Shown here piece after piece: positions 41,817 through 52,511 of a DNA stretch of 64,000 nt. Positions within the stretch are counted from its first letter, which is position 1, and every line of letters begins with the position of its first letter. The position numbers and the translations under genes were made by a program. The stretch is from Candidatus Sulfomarinibacteraceae bacterium (GTDB lineage: Bacteria; Acidobacteriota; Thermoanaerobaculia; Thermoanaerobaculales; Sulfomarinibacteraceae). The stretch is taken from contig CAWCLO010000004.1 in NCBI GenBank assembly GCA_963796455.1, forward strand, positions 608,001 through 672,000, written 5' to 3'. A model generated the notes under the pieces. That model had not been told where the DNA came from. It made no database searches and worked only from the letters and a program-made list of their open reading frames with translations.

Positions 41817-42833
41817 TCAGGGCTCGTCCGAAACCTTGATGATGAGCTTGCCGTCGTGCGAACCGTCGAACAGCCGGTTGATATTGCGCGGTGCGGTCTC
41901 GAGGCCGTCGTAGACGTCGACCTTGTATTTCAGATAACCCTCTGCGTACCACCCGCTCAGCTTCTCGATGGCCTCGGCTGTCCGATCCAGATAGTCCATG
42001 ACGATGAAGCCCTCGACCCTGGCCCGCCGGATCAGAACCATCGGGAACGCGGAAGGCCCCGGCACCGGCTCGGTGGCGTTGTAGCCGGAGATCAGACCGC
42101 AGATCACGACGCGGGCGGAGTTGTTGATCCACACCAACTCGGCGTCGAGGATCTCGCCGCCGACGTTTTCGAAGATCACGTCGATGCCGTCCGGACAGTG
42201 CTTGTGGAGCTTGCGAGCGACGTTTTCGCTCTTGTAGTTGATGGCGGCATCAAAGCCGAGGTCATCGGTAAGCCAGGCGCACTTGGCGTCGCTACCGGCG
42301 ATGCCCACAACCCGGCAGCCGACGATCTTGCCGATCTGGCCGACGATCGATCCGACGGCACCGGCCGCGCCTGATACGACCAACGTTTCTCCGGCCTTCG
42401 GTTGGCCGATGTCGAGGAGGCCGAAGTACGCCGTCAGACCCACGATTCCGAACAGCCCGAGAAACGCGGTGAGCGGCAGCGGGCCCGGATCGATCACCCG
42501 TAGGTCGCTGCCGTCGGAGATGCCATAGTCCTGCCAACCGATCGTCCCGGAAACCAGGGCACCCGGCGAGAAGCGGTCATTATTTGAGTCCTCGACAACG
42601 CCGATCGTGAGCCCGCGCATGACATCGCCCACTCCGACAGGTTCGACATAGGACGGTCCCTCGCGAACCCATCCCCGGTTGGCGGGATCGAGAGAAAGAT
42701 AGATGTTGCGGGCCAGTACCTCGCCATCGGAAAGCGCGCGTACCGGTTCTTCCACCCATTCAAAGTCGGAATCCTTGATCAGTCCATTCGGCCTCGCGGC
42801 CAGACGCCACTGACGGTTGATACGGTCGCTCAT
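41817..42833 (-). CDS. NADP-dependent oxidoreductase (CurA/prostaglandin reductase-like MDR)
   Basis: YLSLDP, GLTAYFGL, VSGAAGAVGS, FENVGG, CGLISGYN. Confidence 0.92.
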   Translation of the reverse strand: MSDRINRQWRLAARPNGLIKDSDFEWVEEPVRALSDGEVLARNIYLSLDPANRGWVREGPSYVEPVGVGDVMRGLTIGVVEDSNNDRFSPGALVSGTIGWQDYGISDGSDLRVIDPGPLPLTAFLGLFGIVGLTAYFGLLDIGQPKAGETLVVSGAAGAVGSIVGQIGKIVGCRVVGIAGSDAKCAWLTDDLGFDAAINYKSENVARKLHKHCPDGIDVIFENVGGEILDAELVWINNSARVVICGLISGYNATEPVPGPSAFPMVLIRRARVEGFIVMDYLDRTAEAIEKLSGWYAEGYLKYKVDVYDGLETAPRNINRLFDGSHDGKLIIKVSDEP

Positions 42834-43057
42834 GGTGCCCCGTTTTCTCTCGGCGATTGGAATGTGGTCTGTGCCGGGGCTGCATTGTACAGGCAGGAAG
42901 ACCCGATCGATGCAAGATTTACTCGTCTCATCCACCTCGAGGTTCGCCTTACCCTTCTCGCACCCATGCATGCCCACCCTTGGGGCTCGTGTAGAATTCG
43001 CAGACCCCGGGGCTTGGGGTGACGTGCCGTGCACCCCCAGACGCCTGATATCAGGTT

Positions 43058-44839
43058 GTGACAAGGATGATGATGGTTGGACCACAACCCTACAAAAGCA
43101 CGATAACGATGGTGTTTGCCGTTTGGGCATTTGCACTGTGGTCGAACCCGAGTTCGGTCGAAGCCGAACTTCCGCCACAACTCCGTGCAACCGAGGCACA
43201 TTCCCGTCTCGGCATGGTCTCGACAGGCTCACCCGAGGCCACCGCAGCCGCGGTCGGGGTGCTCGAAAACGGTGGCAATGCCGTCGACGCTGCGGTCGCC
43301 GCTGCCCTTGCGCTGGGCGTCGCCGATTCGGACGCTTCGGGTATCGGCGGCGCGACCTACATGGTTATTCGGTTTGCCAACGGGCGGGCCGTCGCGATCG
43401 ATGGTACGCCGAAGGCGCCGGGCCGATTCGACCTCCGGAGCCTGCAGGCCGCCGCCGAGGCCGGCAGAACAACCGGTCATGAGATGACGGCCGTCCCGAC
43501 GACCCTGGCGGTTCTCGACCTCGCGCTGCGCAAATACGGTTCGATCGATTTTGCCGAGGCCCTGCAGCCGGCGATCGAAATCGCCGATCGCGGTTACAGC
43601 CTCAGTGAGAACCAGATCATTTGGACGAATCGTTACTACGAAGACCTCGTCGGGACGTCCAACTATTTGCGGTATCTGGTAATGGCAGACGGGCACACTG
43701 TGGGTGAGCCGGGAGACCGCATCTGCAACCCCGAACTCGCGCAGACACTTCGTACGATTGCCGCACAAGGGGTCAGCGCATTTTACCGCGGAGCCGTCGC
43801 CGATCTTATCGAGGCCGACATGATCGACAACGGAGGAAACCTGCGCAAGAGCGATCTTGCGAGATTGAGGGTTTCCGAGCATGCACCGGTGAGAACGACC
43901 TACCGGGGCGTGGAGGTATTGTCTGTCCCGTCACCCGGAGGAGGAGACACACTCATCCACGCGCTCAATATTCTCGAAACCTTTCCCAGCGAGTTTCTTT
44001 CTGAGGACACGCTCGAGCGCCACCACGTATTTATAGAAACGGCCCGCATCGCGATTGCCGATCGAGCCGGATCAGGCGCCGGCATGGTGGCGAACGGTTT
44101 TCTCGGTTCCAACTTCCCAAGCAAGCGCTACGCGTACGGCCGCGCGCAGATGATCACACCTGGGACGGCACTCGCGGACTCCACCTTTGTGGGCCCCATC
44201 GATCCCGATTGCCTGCCGACAGGCGAAAGCACGACTCACGTCTCGGTCATCGACGCCCGCGGGAACGCGGTGTCGATGACTCAGACCCTGAGCGAGGGTT
44301 TCGGCGCCAAGATTGCCACTCCGGGTCTTGGATTTCCTTACAACAACTTTCTCGAGGCCTTCAGGGTTGAAAAGCCTCATTGCCCCGGATTTCTCCGTCC
44401 GTATGCGCCATGCGGCAACGATATGGCTCCCACGATTCTGGTTGATGAAAGAGGCCGCGTGATGGCTCTCGGGACTCCGGGAAGCAATCGCATCGCGTCG
44501 ATCCTCGCCGGTGTCATCAGCAATATCGTGGATCGCGGTATGAATCTCCGCGAGGCGATCGAGGCACCCAGGGTGATCTGGGGAGGGGGGCTGGAGATCA
44601 ATATCGAGTTGGAGGTCGCGCCGCCCATGGTCGAAACGTACGTGGACGCCTTCAACGCGATGAGCTACGAACACCCCGTGGAACCGGTTTTTTTTCCGGC
44701 TGACCCGAATGACCTCAGCAACTCCGGCGCAGTCAACACGGTTTTATATGACCCCACGGCCGGCGACTTCGTCGGCGTCGCCGACCCGAGGCGGGGAGGC
44801 CTTGCCGGCGGCCCTCGAGTGGTGGCGGGCCGAAAGTGA
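43058..44839 (+). CDS. ggt: Gamma-glutamyltransferase family protein
   Basis: GGNAVDAAVA, SGIGG, ESTTHVSVID, GTPGS; start uncertain. Confidence 0.88.
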   Translation: MTRMMMVGPQPYKSTITMVFAVWAFALWSNPSSVEAELPPQLRATEAHSRLGMVSTGSPEATAAAVGVLENGGNAVDAAVAAALALGVADSDASGIGGATYMVIRFANGRAVAIDGTPKAPGRFDLRSLQAAAEAGRTTGHEMTAVPTTLAVLDLALRKYGSIDFAEALQPAIEIADRGYSLSENQIIWTNRYYEDLVGTSNYLRYLVMADGHTVGEPGDRICNPELAQTLRTIAAQGVSAFYRGAVADLIEADMIDNGGNLRKSDLARLRVSEHAPVRTTYRGVEVLSVPSPGGGDTLIHALNILETFPSEFLSEDTLERHHVFIETARIAIADRAGSGAGMVANGFLGSNFPSKRYAYGRAQMITPGTALADSTFVGPIDPDCLPTGESTTHVSVIDARGNAVSMTQTLSEGFGAKIATPGLGFPYNNFLEAFRVEKPHCPGFLRPYAPCGNDMAPTILVDERGRVMALGTPGSNRIASILAGVISNIVDRGMNLREAIEAPRVIWGGGLEINIELEVAPPMVETYVDAFNAMSYEHPVEPVFFPADPNDLSNSGAVNTVLYDPTAGDFVGVADPRRGGLAGGPRVVAGRK

Positions 44840-44974
44840 GTCTTAGGGGTGGAGGGCAGCTAACCACCCGTCATGCAGAAGCCTGCACCACAAAATCGTC
44901 TGAATCCTCTGACCTCGCCCTGTGTCCGTGTGCGGACTACTTTGGTACGCTTGGGCTCAATCTGAAAATGCTGG

Positions 44975-45643
44975 TTGGAGTCGTTGATGTCGAGAGTACA
45001 GACTCGCGCCGAAGAGATGATGGACGAACATGGTTTTCTGGGTGTCCCCCGAGAGACTTTTGAGGAAGCCGGGCGAACTCAGATGGTAAGACTCTTGAAC
45101 CACGGTCTGCAACCCGAATCAAAGGTCCTGGACATCGGGTGTGGTTGCCTCCGTGTGGCGTATTGGCTGGTGCGTTTTCTAGACCCCGACTGCTATTGCG
45201 GAATCGAACCGGCGCGCCAGCGCGTCGAGCTCGGAAAGCGTTTTCTTTTTTCGGCCGACGAGCTGGAGAGCAAACGGCCCCGATTCGACTTCAACTCGAG
45301 TTTTGACCTGTCTGTCTTTTCGACGCGTTTCGATTTTTTTCTCGCAGGTTCAATTTGGACCCATTGCAGCAAGACACATCTCGAGACCACTCTCGACGGG
45401 TTTCTCCACAATTCGACGCCGACCGGAGTATTTCTCGCTTCCTTTCTGCCACCGGCAACGGCGGAGGACGACTATATGGGCGATTCGTGGGTGGGAACCA
45501 GCCACGAGTCGAACGAACCGGGCGTGATTCGTCACTCACTCGATTGGATCAAGGATGCCTGCGGACTGAGGGGGCTCAAATTGAGTAGATTGCCGGGCGA
45601 AGATTGTGACAGTCAATACTGGCTCCGCGTCGAGAGGCGGTGA
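44975..45643 (+). CDS. Class I SAM-dependent methyltransferase
   Basis: VLDIGCGCLR, SIWTH. Confidence 0.85.
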   Translation: MESLMSRVQTRAEEMMDEHGFLGVPRETFEEAGRTQMVRLLNHGLQPESKVLDIGCGCLRVAYWLVRFLDPDCYCGIEPARQRVELGKRFLFSADELESKRPRFDFNSSFDLSVFSTRFDFFLAGSIWTHCSKTHLETTLDGFLHNSTPTGVFLASFLPPATAEDDYMGDSWVGTSHESNEPGVIRHSLDWIKDACGLRGLKLSRLPGEDCDSQYWLRVERR

Positions 45644-45669
45644 AGGGGCGTCCCGCCAGACGCGCGAGA

Positions 45670-45948
45670 TCAACCGGTCAATCGGTCCGCCCGCCGCTCC
45701 CATCGAGCCTTCGCCTTGGCGCGCTCCTCGTCCCGGTCTCGTGGTGGCGCCGTGGTCGTCAGCCTCTTCAAGAGACGGCGGCTTGCTGCCGAGATTTCTT
45801 CAACCGCCCGGTCAAATGCCTCGGTGTTGGCCTGGGAGGGCGCACGCATACCGCTGATTTTCCGAACGTATTGCAAAGCGCCGTTGCGCAACTCGTCTTC
45901 GCTCGCCGGCGGATCGAAGTTGAACAACGTCCGGATGTTGCGACACAT
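45670..45948 (-). CDS. DUF2277 family protein
   Basis: MCRNIRTLFNFDPPA...ALQYVRKISG...PSQAN..AF. Confidence 0.85.
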   Translation of the reverse strand: MCRNIRTLFNFDPPASEDELRNGALQYVRKISGMRAPSQANTEAFDRAVEEISAASRRLLKRLTTTAPPRDRDEERAKAKARWERRADRLTG

Positions 45949-45971
45949 AGGCGCCCCCTTTTGCTTCACCA

Positions 45972-46056
45972 GAGTGCCACAATTCGCATTGCCTCGGTGG
46001 CCTTTGTATATCGCTGAGAAAGCAACAATGCGTAAATGCTGAGGGTGGCACCCATG
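45972..46056. repeat. Complete type B element (82 bp core to core)
   Basis: GAGTGCCACAATTCGCATTGCCTC...AGCAACAATGCGTAAATGCTGAGGGTGGCACCCATG. Confidence 0.85.
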
Positions 46057-46383
46057 AGGTGCTCTGTTTCGCGACATGCCTATCTGGTTGTTGCACATTC
46101 AATACACAAGACCTAGATTTTGAGACACGAGAGGTAATAATGAGACAAGCGACGCCACGTCGCGCCGTGCTCAGGTGCGGTTCTAATGGGTCTTCTGCGT
46201 GCGTCCTCGGCGCCGAACCAGGTCTTTTTAGTGACTGGGGCGCCGGGGTGGATCTTCGGATGCGTTTGCCCTCCAGGGTAGATTATGTGCAGATCCGTCG
46301 TGCCCCCATTGTCGGTCGAGGTCGGTAGCAGGCCTTTCCCGCGCACAGAAGATCGCGGTCCGATAGACAGTCGGAGGTACGCG

Positions 46384-48753
46384 ATGCGCGGTGAATGGAA
46401 ATTGTGCCTTGTGGTGATCGTGGTGTCGGTATTTGGAGCGGTGACGCTCGCCGAAGGGTCAGGCGGGTGGCAGCAGGTCGCCGATTTGCCGTCGCCGTTC
46501 ATGTTCACTGGCTCTGCACCTTTGGCCGTCCTCGACGACCAGATCTACGCTCTATGCGGCACCGGGGGACCGTACCCCGACACCTCCGGATGTAGGGATT
46601 TCTGGAGATACGATCCGAGCGTAGATGCATGGACAAAGCTTGCTGACATTCCGGTGAGCACCAACTTTACCGGAGGGGTAACGCTCGTCGCAACCCGTGA
46701 CTCAATCTACGCTCACCCGGGCGGTTTCTGGTTCTACGATTACCTCTGGCGGTACAGTCCGGCGAGCGATTCCTGGCAGGCCGTGACGAGATTCCCTTGG
46801 AACACTGACATTGAATGGGGAACCTCGATGGTCTGGACGGGCGGAGAATTCCTTTATGTGAGCCTCAAACGTGCGGACGATGGATTCTATCGACTGCATC
46901 TGGCGACGCTTCAGTGGGAAAAACTCCCGAACCCACCGTTCCTCCCGTTGACCTCGTATCCGGATCCGCCATTCTCCCTCGGCACCGGCAGCACGCTCGT
47001 CTGGACAGGAGGCGATGACCTCTATTTGAACAGGGGTCCGGGCTACCCATGGTGGTCGCCGTACGGGCCGGAGTTGGCCCGATACTCCATCTCGAGCAAC
47101 ACCTGGACGCCTCTCGCGATCCCTCCCACCCAAATTGCTAGTGGGATGGCGTGGGACGGGGTCGACGCGATCTACGCGCGAGCCTACACCAGCCTGTACA
47201 GCTACTCGATCTCGAACAACGCCTGGACACAGCACGAGGACTTTCCGGTCGCCGGCGATAGCAGGGAATTCGACCTCGTCATGGCGGCCGGGAATCTCTA
47301 CTCGGCTGAGTTCAGATTTTCGCCAGGGTTCTGGCGTTTCAGTCTCAACCAACCGCCGGTGCCGCACACCGGAATGATCTTACCGGACGAATGGTATGAA
47401 GTCGGCGAAGGGTCCTCGATCGTCCTCGACGGTACCCAATCGTATGATCCGGAAGGGCGTGAGATCGAGTTTTGGTGGGATCTCGACGGCGATTCCGTTT
47501 TTGAGGCCTACGGGGCAGAGCCGACATTCTTCGCTGACTGGTTCGACAACCCCCAGGTCGAGGAAAAGCTCGTGATCCTGAGAGTATGTGACGATCAGGA
47601 CGCCTGCTCGGAGGCGGAGGCATTGGTCAAAATCTTGGACCTGGCGCCAGACGCGGCATTCACATGGTGGCCCGATCCACCGAATGAGGGCTCCCTGGTC
47701 GAGTTCACCGATCGATCGACCAGCGAGGTCGACGAAATCGAGGACTGGCTCTGGGATCTGGGGACATCCGACACGAGCACCGAACAGAACCCGAGCTTCA
47801 CCTATCCGGACAACGGTGATTTCACCGTCACGCTCACCGTTACCGACGACGACGGGTCAACCTCGACCACCGAGGAGTTGGTGACAATCGCCAACGTCGC
47901 GCCGGTGGTGAACGCCGGGCCCGACGGCGAGGTCAACATCGACATTCCGTTTGCGAGTTCCGGCGAGTTTTTCGACCCGGGTACCGACGAGTGGGTGGGC
48001 ACGGTTGACTACGGTGATGGTGCCGGTCCGCAGGATCTGCCGCTTGGAGGCGACAAGTCGTTTGACCTCAGCTACCACTACACCTCCAAGGGCAGCTACA
48101 TGGTGACCGCCTGCGTGCGGGACGATGAAGGTGACGAAGGGTGTGACTCCGCGACCGTCGATGTCGTCAACCGGCCGCCGGTGGCTTTGTGCCAGGACGC
48201 GACGATGGTCGCCGATGCAAGCTGTCAGGCCACATTGGTGCCAGCGTCCTTCGATGGAGGCTGTTATGACCCTGACGACGATGCGTTGACCGTGAGCCTG
48301 CATCCTGATCTGGTGACAGGTCTGGGTGATTTCCCGTTGACCCTCACGGTCGACGACGGTGAATTCGACGACAGTTGTGGGGCAACGGTGACCGTGATGG
48401 ACTCGTCGGCGCCGCTGATGGGCGGTCCGTCAGCGAATCCTGCGGCGCTGTGGCCTGCGAATCACAAGATGGTGAACGTAAATATTGCGGTGACGGCAAC
48501 CGACGCTTGTGATCTTGCGCCGGAATGCCTCGTTACCAACGTCACCAGTAACGAACCCGAGACCGGTTGCGGCTCGGGAAAAAAGAAACCTGATTGGATG
48601 ATCACCGGAGCTCTTTCAGTCGATCTTCGCGCCGAGCGCTGCGGAAGGGGCGATGGGCGGGTGTACACCATCGAGGTGTCGTGTGCCGACGATACCGGAA
48701 ATTCATCCACCATGACCACCGAGGTCTTGGTGAAGCACGACCAGGGAGGCTAG
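46384..48753 (+). CDS. Secreted Kelch-repeat + PKD/Ig-domain protein
   Basis: Signal peptide; WRYDP..D.W repeats; W.WDLG..QNPSFTY; LWPANHKMV...LRAER.G.GDGRVYTI. Confidence 0.85.
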   Translation: MRGEWKLCLVVIVVSVFGAVTLAEGSGGWQQVADLPSPFMFTGSAPLAVLDDQIYALCGTGGPYPDTSGCRDFWRYDPSVDAWTKLADIPVSTNFTGGVTLVATRDSIYAHPGGFWFYDYLWRYSPASDSWQAVTRFPWNTDIEWGTSMVWTGGEFLYVSLKRADDGFYRLHLATLQWEKLPNPPFLPLTSYPDPPFSLGTGSTLVWTGGDDLYLNRGPGYPWWSPYGPELARYSISSNTWTPLAIPPTQIASGMAWDGVDAIYARAYTSLYSYSISNNAWTQHEDFPVAGDSREFDLVMAAGNLYSAEFRFSPGFWRFSLNQPPVPHTGMILPDEWYEVGEGSSIVLDGTQSYDPEGREIEFWWDLDGDSVFEAYGAEPTFFADWFDNPQVEEKLVILRVCDDQDACSEAEALVKILDLAPDAAFTWWPDPPNEGSLVEFTDRSTSEVDEIEDWLWDLGTSDTSTEQNPSFTYPDNGDFTVTLTVTDDDGSTSTTEELVTIANVAPVVNAGPDGEVNIDIPFASSGEFFDPGTDEWVGTVDYGDGAGPQDLPLGGDKSFDLSYHYTSKGSYMVTACVRDDEGDEGCDSATVDVVNRPPVALCQDATMVADASCQATLVPASFDGGCYDPDDDALTVSLHPDLVTGLGDFPLTLTVDDGEFDDSCGATVTVMDSSAPLMGGPSANPAALWPANHKMVNVNIAVTATDACDLAPECLVTNVTSNEPETGCGSGKKKPDWMITGALSVDLRAERCGRGDGRVYTIEVSCADDTGNSSTMTTEVLVKHDQGG

Positions 48754-48927
48754 GAACAGACGACTATCAACGCTAATCTAGAAAACCCGAGCAAACGTCA
48801 AAGTGGTCGCGGTTTGGTCTTGCTTGGGTCTCTCGATGACTACGAAGCGCTTGCCGTTGCCGAGAGATCCTTCGAGCAGCCGGAGACGTCGGCGTGGGGC
48901 GCTTCCAACGGCCGCTATGGCAACCTC

Positions 48928-50331
48928 TCACCCGATGGACGGAATCGGCATCACCTGTTTGTTCTTTCGGCTGACTTCCGCCTGAAAGCCCATGATGTGG
49001 CTCTCGACAGAGGCGTCGATGGTGGAGGTCAGAACGGTCGGATCTTGGGTTTTGACGGCCCTGACCCAATCCGTCACCAGGGCCCAGTCGCCACCGCCGT
49101 GGCCGCTGGATTTGTAGTTCTCCACATCCTCCACGGTGATATCCCACGTGGTCGCCTTGCCGGTCAAAAAGTCCGTCAGGACAAAGTGCTCCATATCACC
49201 CACGATGTCTCCCTTGGATCCCATGACTCGGGTTCTCCGACCGTGGTAGGAGGTCAAGGCCTCCATGGAAAAGCTGGCGGTGATGCCGTCTCCAAACTCC
49301 ATTGCGGTGACGTAATGATCCGGCTGGTCATTGTCCATCCGATACACGCAGCGTCCGTAGTTCGTGCTTTTCAACTTATTCAGGATGTACTCACCATGGA
49401 CGGCCTCGTCGTCCGGCATGTCGAATACATAAATCCATTTCCGGTCGCGGTGGTAAATCTTCAATGCCGAGTAGGGACACTGTTCCTCAACGGCACAACC
49501 ATCTGTGCACCGGGGGGTGCTCCCCTCCGGGGCGTTGGCTCGCTTGAACCACCTGAGATCTCCGAAGGCTGAGATGTTCTTGCACGGTTCGCCGATCATC
49601 CACCTGAGGATATCCAGATCGTGGCACGACTTGCCCAGAATGATCGGGGTGGATTCCCGAGAGTTGTGCCAGTTGCCCCGCACATACGAGTGGGCCATAT
49701 GAACATGCCCAATCGGTTCGAGATGCTGGATGCTGACCAGCTCACCTATTGACCCCGATTGGATCACTTTCCTCAACTCGATGAAGTAGGGCGCATAACG
49801 CAACACGTGACAGACCGCCACGATTCGGTCGGTTTTTTTCGCCAGCGCCAAAATGTCCAAACACTCCTGTGCCGTCGGGGAGATGGGCTTTTCGAGCAGG
49901 ACGTCATATCCCATAGCAAGAGCTTGCATGCATGGACCGTAGTGGAGGTGATCGGGCGTGCTGATGATCACTGCATCAGCAAATTTGGGTTGATCGAAGA
50001 CATGCTCCCAGGTCACAAAGCGCTGTTCGCTGGGGATACCGTGCTTCGTTGCGTAACTCTCGTTACGACCGGGTATCGGCTCGGCGACTCCGACGATCTT
50101 GAGTTCATTCGGAAACTCGACCCCGTAGTTTCCATAAACATTGCCACGAGCGCCGGCACCGAGGGTGATGGCGGTTACTGGTTCCTGAACTTCGAGATTA
50201 CCAAGAGGGGCTGCGTGAACCCGCTTGTGACTCCCAAGACTCGCCATCGTCAGAGGCCCGGCGAGGAGTGATCCTTTGCCGATCGCCGCCATTTTCTTCA
50301 TCACGTCCCGACGGTTGAGTTTCTTTGGCAT
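48928..50331 (-). CDS. Gfo/Idh/MocA oxidoreductase with Tat signal
   Basis: NRRDVMK; GAGARG; LLEKP; HSYVRGNW; KSCHDLD; HGGGD. Confidence 0.9.
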   Translation of the reverse strand: MPKKLNRRDVMKKMAAIGKGSLLAGPLTMASLGSHKRVHAAPLGNLEVQEPVTAITLGAGARGNVYGNYGVEFPNELKIVGVAEPIPGRNESYATKHGIPSEQRFVTWEHVFDQPKFADAVIISTPDHLHYGPCMQALAMGYDVLLEKPISPTAQECLDILALAKKTDRIVAVCHVLRYAPYFIELRKVIQSGSIGELVSIQHLEPIGHVHMAHSYVRGNWHNSRESTPIILGKSCHDLDILRWMIGEPCKNISAFGDLRWFKRANAPEGSTPRCTDGCAVEEQCPYSALKIYHRDRKWIYVFDMPDDEAVHGEYILNKLKSTNYGRCVYRMDNDQPDHYVTAMEFGDGITASFSMEALTSYHGRRTRVMGSKGDIVGDMEHFVLTDFLTGKATTWDITVEDVENYKSSGHGGGDWALVTDWVRAVKTQDPTVLTSTIDASVESHIMGFQAEVSRKNKQVMPIPSIG

Positions 50332-50404
50332 GACTCTCCCTCACGTTTTCGTTGATACCGATGTCAGCTTACAGGTCCCACCCTCCGACAGGACCGTTCT
50401 GCTG

Positions 50405-50484
50405 TGGTGCTACCTATCACAATTGCGGGGTTGGCGTTGACATACACGAATCACAAAGCCACAAAGTGAAACGTGGCACCCATG
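50405..50484. repeat. Complete type C element (~77 bp)
   Basis: GGTGCTACCTATCACAATTGC...CACAAAGCCACAAAGTGAAACGTGGCACCCATG. Confidence 0.8.
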
Positions 50485-50565
50485 CCGGTTCCGGTTCCCT
50501 TGATCCTGTAGCGTCGGTGAACAACTTCTGCTACCGTCGCTACAGAAACCGACTGGAGAATTTAC

Positions 50566-52359
50566 ATGCGATTCGTTTTTCTGTTCCTGTTGTTTCAGGC
50601 GGGGACCGTTTTCGGCGGGAGCGGCAACCAAATTTTTGTCAACGGATTCGACTGTCGCGCCACCCGGCCCTGGTCGCAGACCGTGGGGGCGACTCCGGGG
50701 CCGACCCCGGCTCCGGCTCCGGCCGGCCAACCGGCCCTGCAGTGCGAGTGGGCGGGCCCTCCTGCCGGGGATCCCTTCCCGAATCATTTTCAGGCGCTCA
50801 GCATGGCGATGGTCGCGGACCTTCCATACCCAAGCTCTGCCAACGTGGAGATCGTTTTTGTAGCCTACAACGCTCTCGACGGCAGTGTTGACGCCTTTCG
50901 CGGGGACAATCCCCTGAACTTCGGGGTCCTGAGAGTGCTCGATGGCTGCACATGTGAACAGATAGCGACCATCCACGACGCGAGCAACCCGATCATCGGC
51001 GCTACCAGCCCGGCTCTGGGGGATATCGACGGCGACGGAACCGTGGAGATCGTTGCTCTGCGTGCCGGAGGCGGTCTGGTCACTTTTTCCTGGGATGCCG
51101 TACAAGATGACTACGTCACCTGGTGGCGGGCGGACGCAAATGACACCGAGCTGGAGACCAAGTGGCGTTGGGACAGCCCATCCCTGCACGACCTGGACGA
51201 CGACGGCATCGCCGAGGTCATCTCGGGGCACGAGGTTTTTGACGGGCTTCTTGGCACTCGGCTGAACCCCACCGACGTGTTCCCGCAGTCCACTCCTCTT
51301 GTATCGACCCTCGCTGTGGTCGACCTCGATGGCGACGACAGGGTGGATCTGGTCGGGGACAGCCTTTACTACTGGGAAACTGACAGGTGGTGGGTGTTGG
51401 CGGACGGACCGTACGGTCTGGGGCACAGCGCGGTCGCCGATTTCGGAACCGCGACCTTGAACAGCTTCGATCCGACCACGCGTGACGGCATTGCTGAGGT
51501 TGTGACCGGCCACACGGCCAGCAAAGATGTCGAACTCCGTGACATTTGGGGAAACTCTCTGATGAGCGTCTGGGCGGGCCCCGTATTCTCCCACAGCGCA
51601 CCAGCCGTCGCCGACTTTGACGGTGACGGCTTCCCAGAGATCGCGGTTGCTAACGCCAGCCTCCTCAGGGTTCTCGATCTCGACTGTGCCACTGCTGGTG
51701 GTGGTTGCTACGGTGGTTTTGTCAGGTGGAATGCGTTCATACTCCACACTCATTCTTACGGCACGACACCTACCGCCTTCGACCTTGAAGGGGACGGCGG
51801 CGTCGAGTTAATTTATGCCGACCAGTGTTTCGGCCGTCTCTACAACGGCTTGTCGGGCGCCGTCATCGCGTCCTGGCCGCGCGCCTCGTGCAACTCCGGT
51901 GAGGGAATCAGCATCGCAGACGTCGACGGTGATGGTTCGGCGGAGTTCGTGGTGACGTCGAACGATACCTGCAATGGAGTCTCGTGTCCGGACATCGATA
52001 ACCGGCATCAGGGTCTTCGTTGTGCCATCAACTCGGAATGCATCTCGGATGTTTGTGATTCCGGATTTTGCCGTTGTTCGAACACGCCGGAGTGTCCGGT
52101 ATTGCACGAGTGCGCACCACCCCTGGTCGGCACGCCGGGCAGCGGTTCGGTGTGCCGCGCGAGCCAGATCCGCGTCACTCCGTTTCGCGGTCTCCGCGTC
52201 TTCGGTGATCCGAGCGAAGGTTGGAGCCCCGCGCGACCAATCTGGAACCAGAACACCTATTCGGTGACCAACGTGAACGCGGACGGCAGCATCCCAAAAA
52301 CCACCGACAGGCTGGACAACCACGCGACAAACGGTCCCAACAGCTTTCGTACGCCTTAG
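50566..52359 (+). CDS. Secreted FG-GAP/VCBS repeat protein
   Basis: Signal peptide; many DxDGDG..E repeats; WNQNTYSVTNV; IFVNGFD...W. Confidence 0.85.
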   Translation: MRFVFLFLLFQAGTVFGGSGNQIFVNGFDCRATRPWSQTVGATPGPTPAPAPAGQPALQCEWAGPPAGDPFPNHFQALSMAMVADLPYPSSANVEIVFVAYNALDGSVDAFRGDNPLNFGVLRVLDGCTCEQIATIHDASNPIIGATSPALGDIDGDGTVEIVALRAGGGLVTFSWDAVQDDYVTWWRADANDTELETKWRWDSPSLHDLDDDGIAEVISGHEVFDGLLGTRLNPTDVFPQSTPLVSTLAVVDLDGDDRVDLVGDSLYYWETDRWWVLADGPYGLGHSAVADFGTATLNSFDPTTRDGIAEVVTGHTASKDVELRDIWGNSLMSVWAGPVFSHSAPAVADFDGDGFPEIAVANASLLRVLDLDCATAGGGCYGGFVRWNAFILHTHSYGTTPTAFDLEGDGGVELIYADQCFGRLYNGLSGAVIASWPRASCNSGEGISIADVDGDGSAEFVVTSNDTCNGVSCPDIDNRHQGLRCAINSECISDVCDSGFCRCSNTPECPVLHECAPPLVGTPGSGSVCRASQIRVTPFRGLRVFGDPSEGWSPARPIWNQNTYSVTNVNADGSIPKTTDRLDNHATNGPNSFRTP

Positions 52360-52371
52360 GGTCTAGCACCA

Positions 52372-52508
52372 GAGATCCACGTTCACAATTGCGCAGCTGT
52401 CAGTCACCGCGGGAGCTGGCTGTATCGCTGGGGTGCCAGGTTGTGCGTTGCACTGGTGCGGCACGACGCAGTTGTGAGGTTGTGATCAATGGCACCCATG
52501 TGGCACCC
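52372..52508. repeat. Type C left arm, left core and type A right arm with doubled core
   Basis: CCACGTTCACAATTGCGCAG 52377; GGGTGCCA 52431; GTTGTGAGGTTGTGATCAATGGCACCCATGTGGCACCC. Confidence 0.85.
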
Positions 52509-52511
52509 GCG

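Noticed and set aside
46059..46330. Small ORFs or ncRNA in the long spacer before the Kelch/PKD gene
   Set aside because: No recognisable protein motif or RNA family.
48778..48927. Possible remnant of a beta-propeller C-terminus (GNGKRFVVIERP...) on the minus strand
   Set aside because: Too short, with no start codon; the similarity is only impressionistic.
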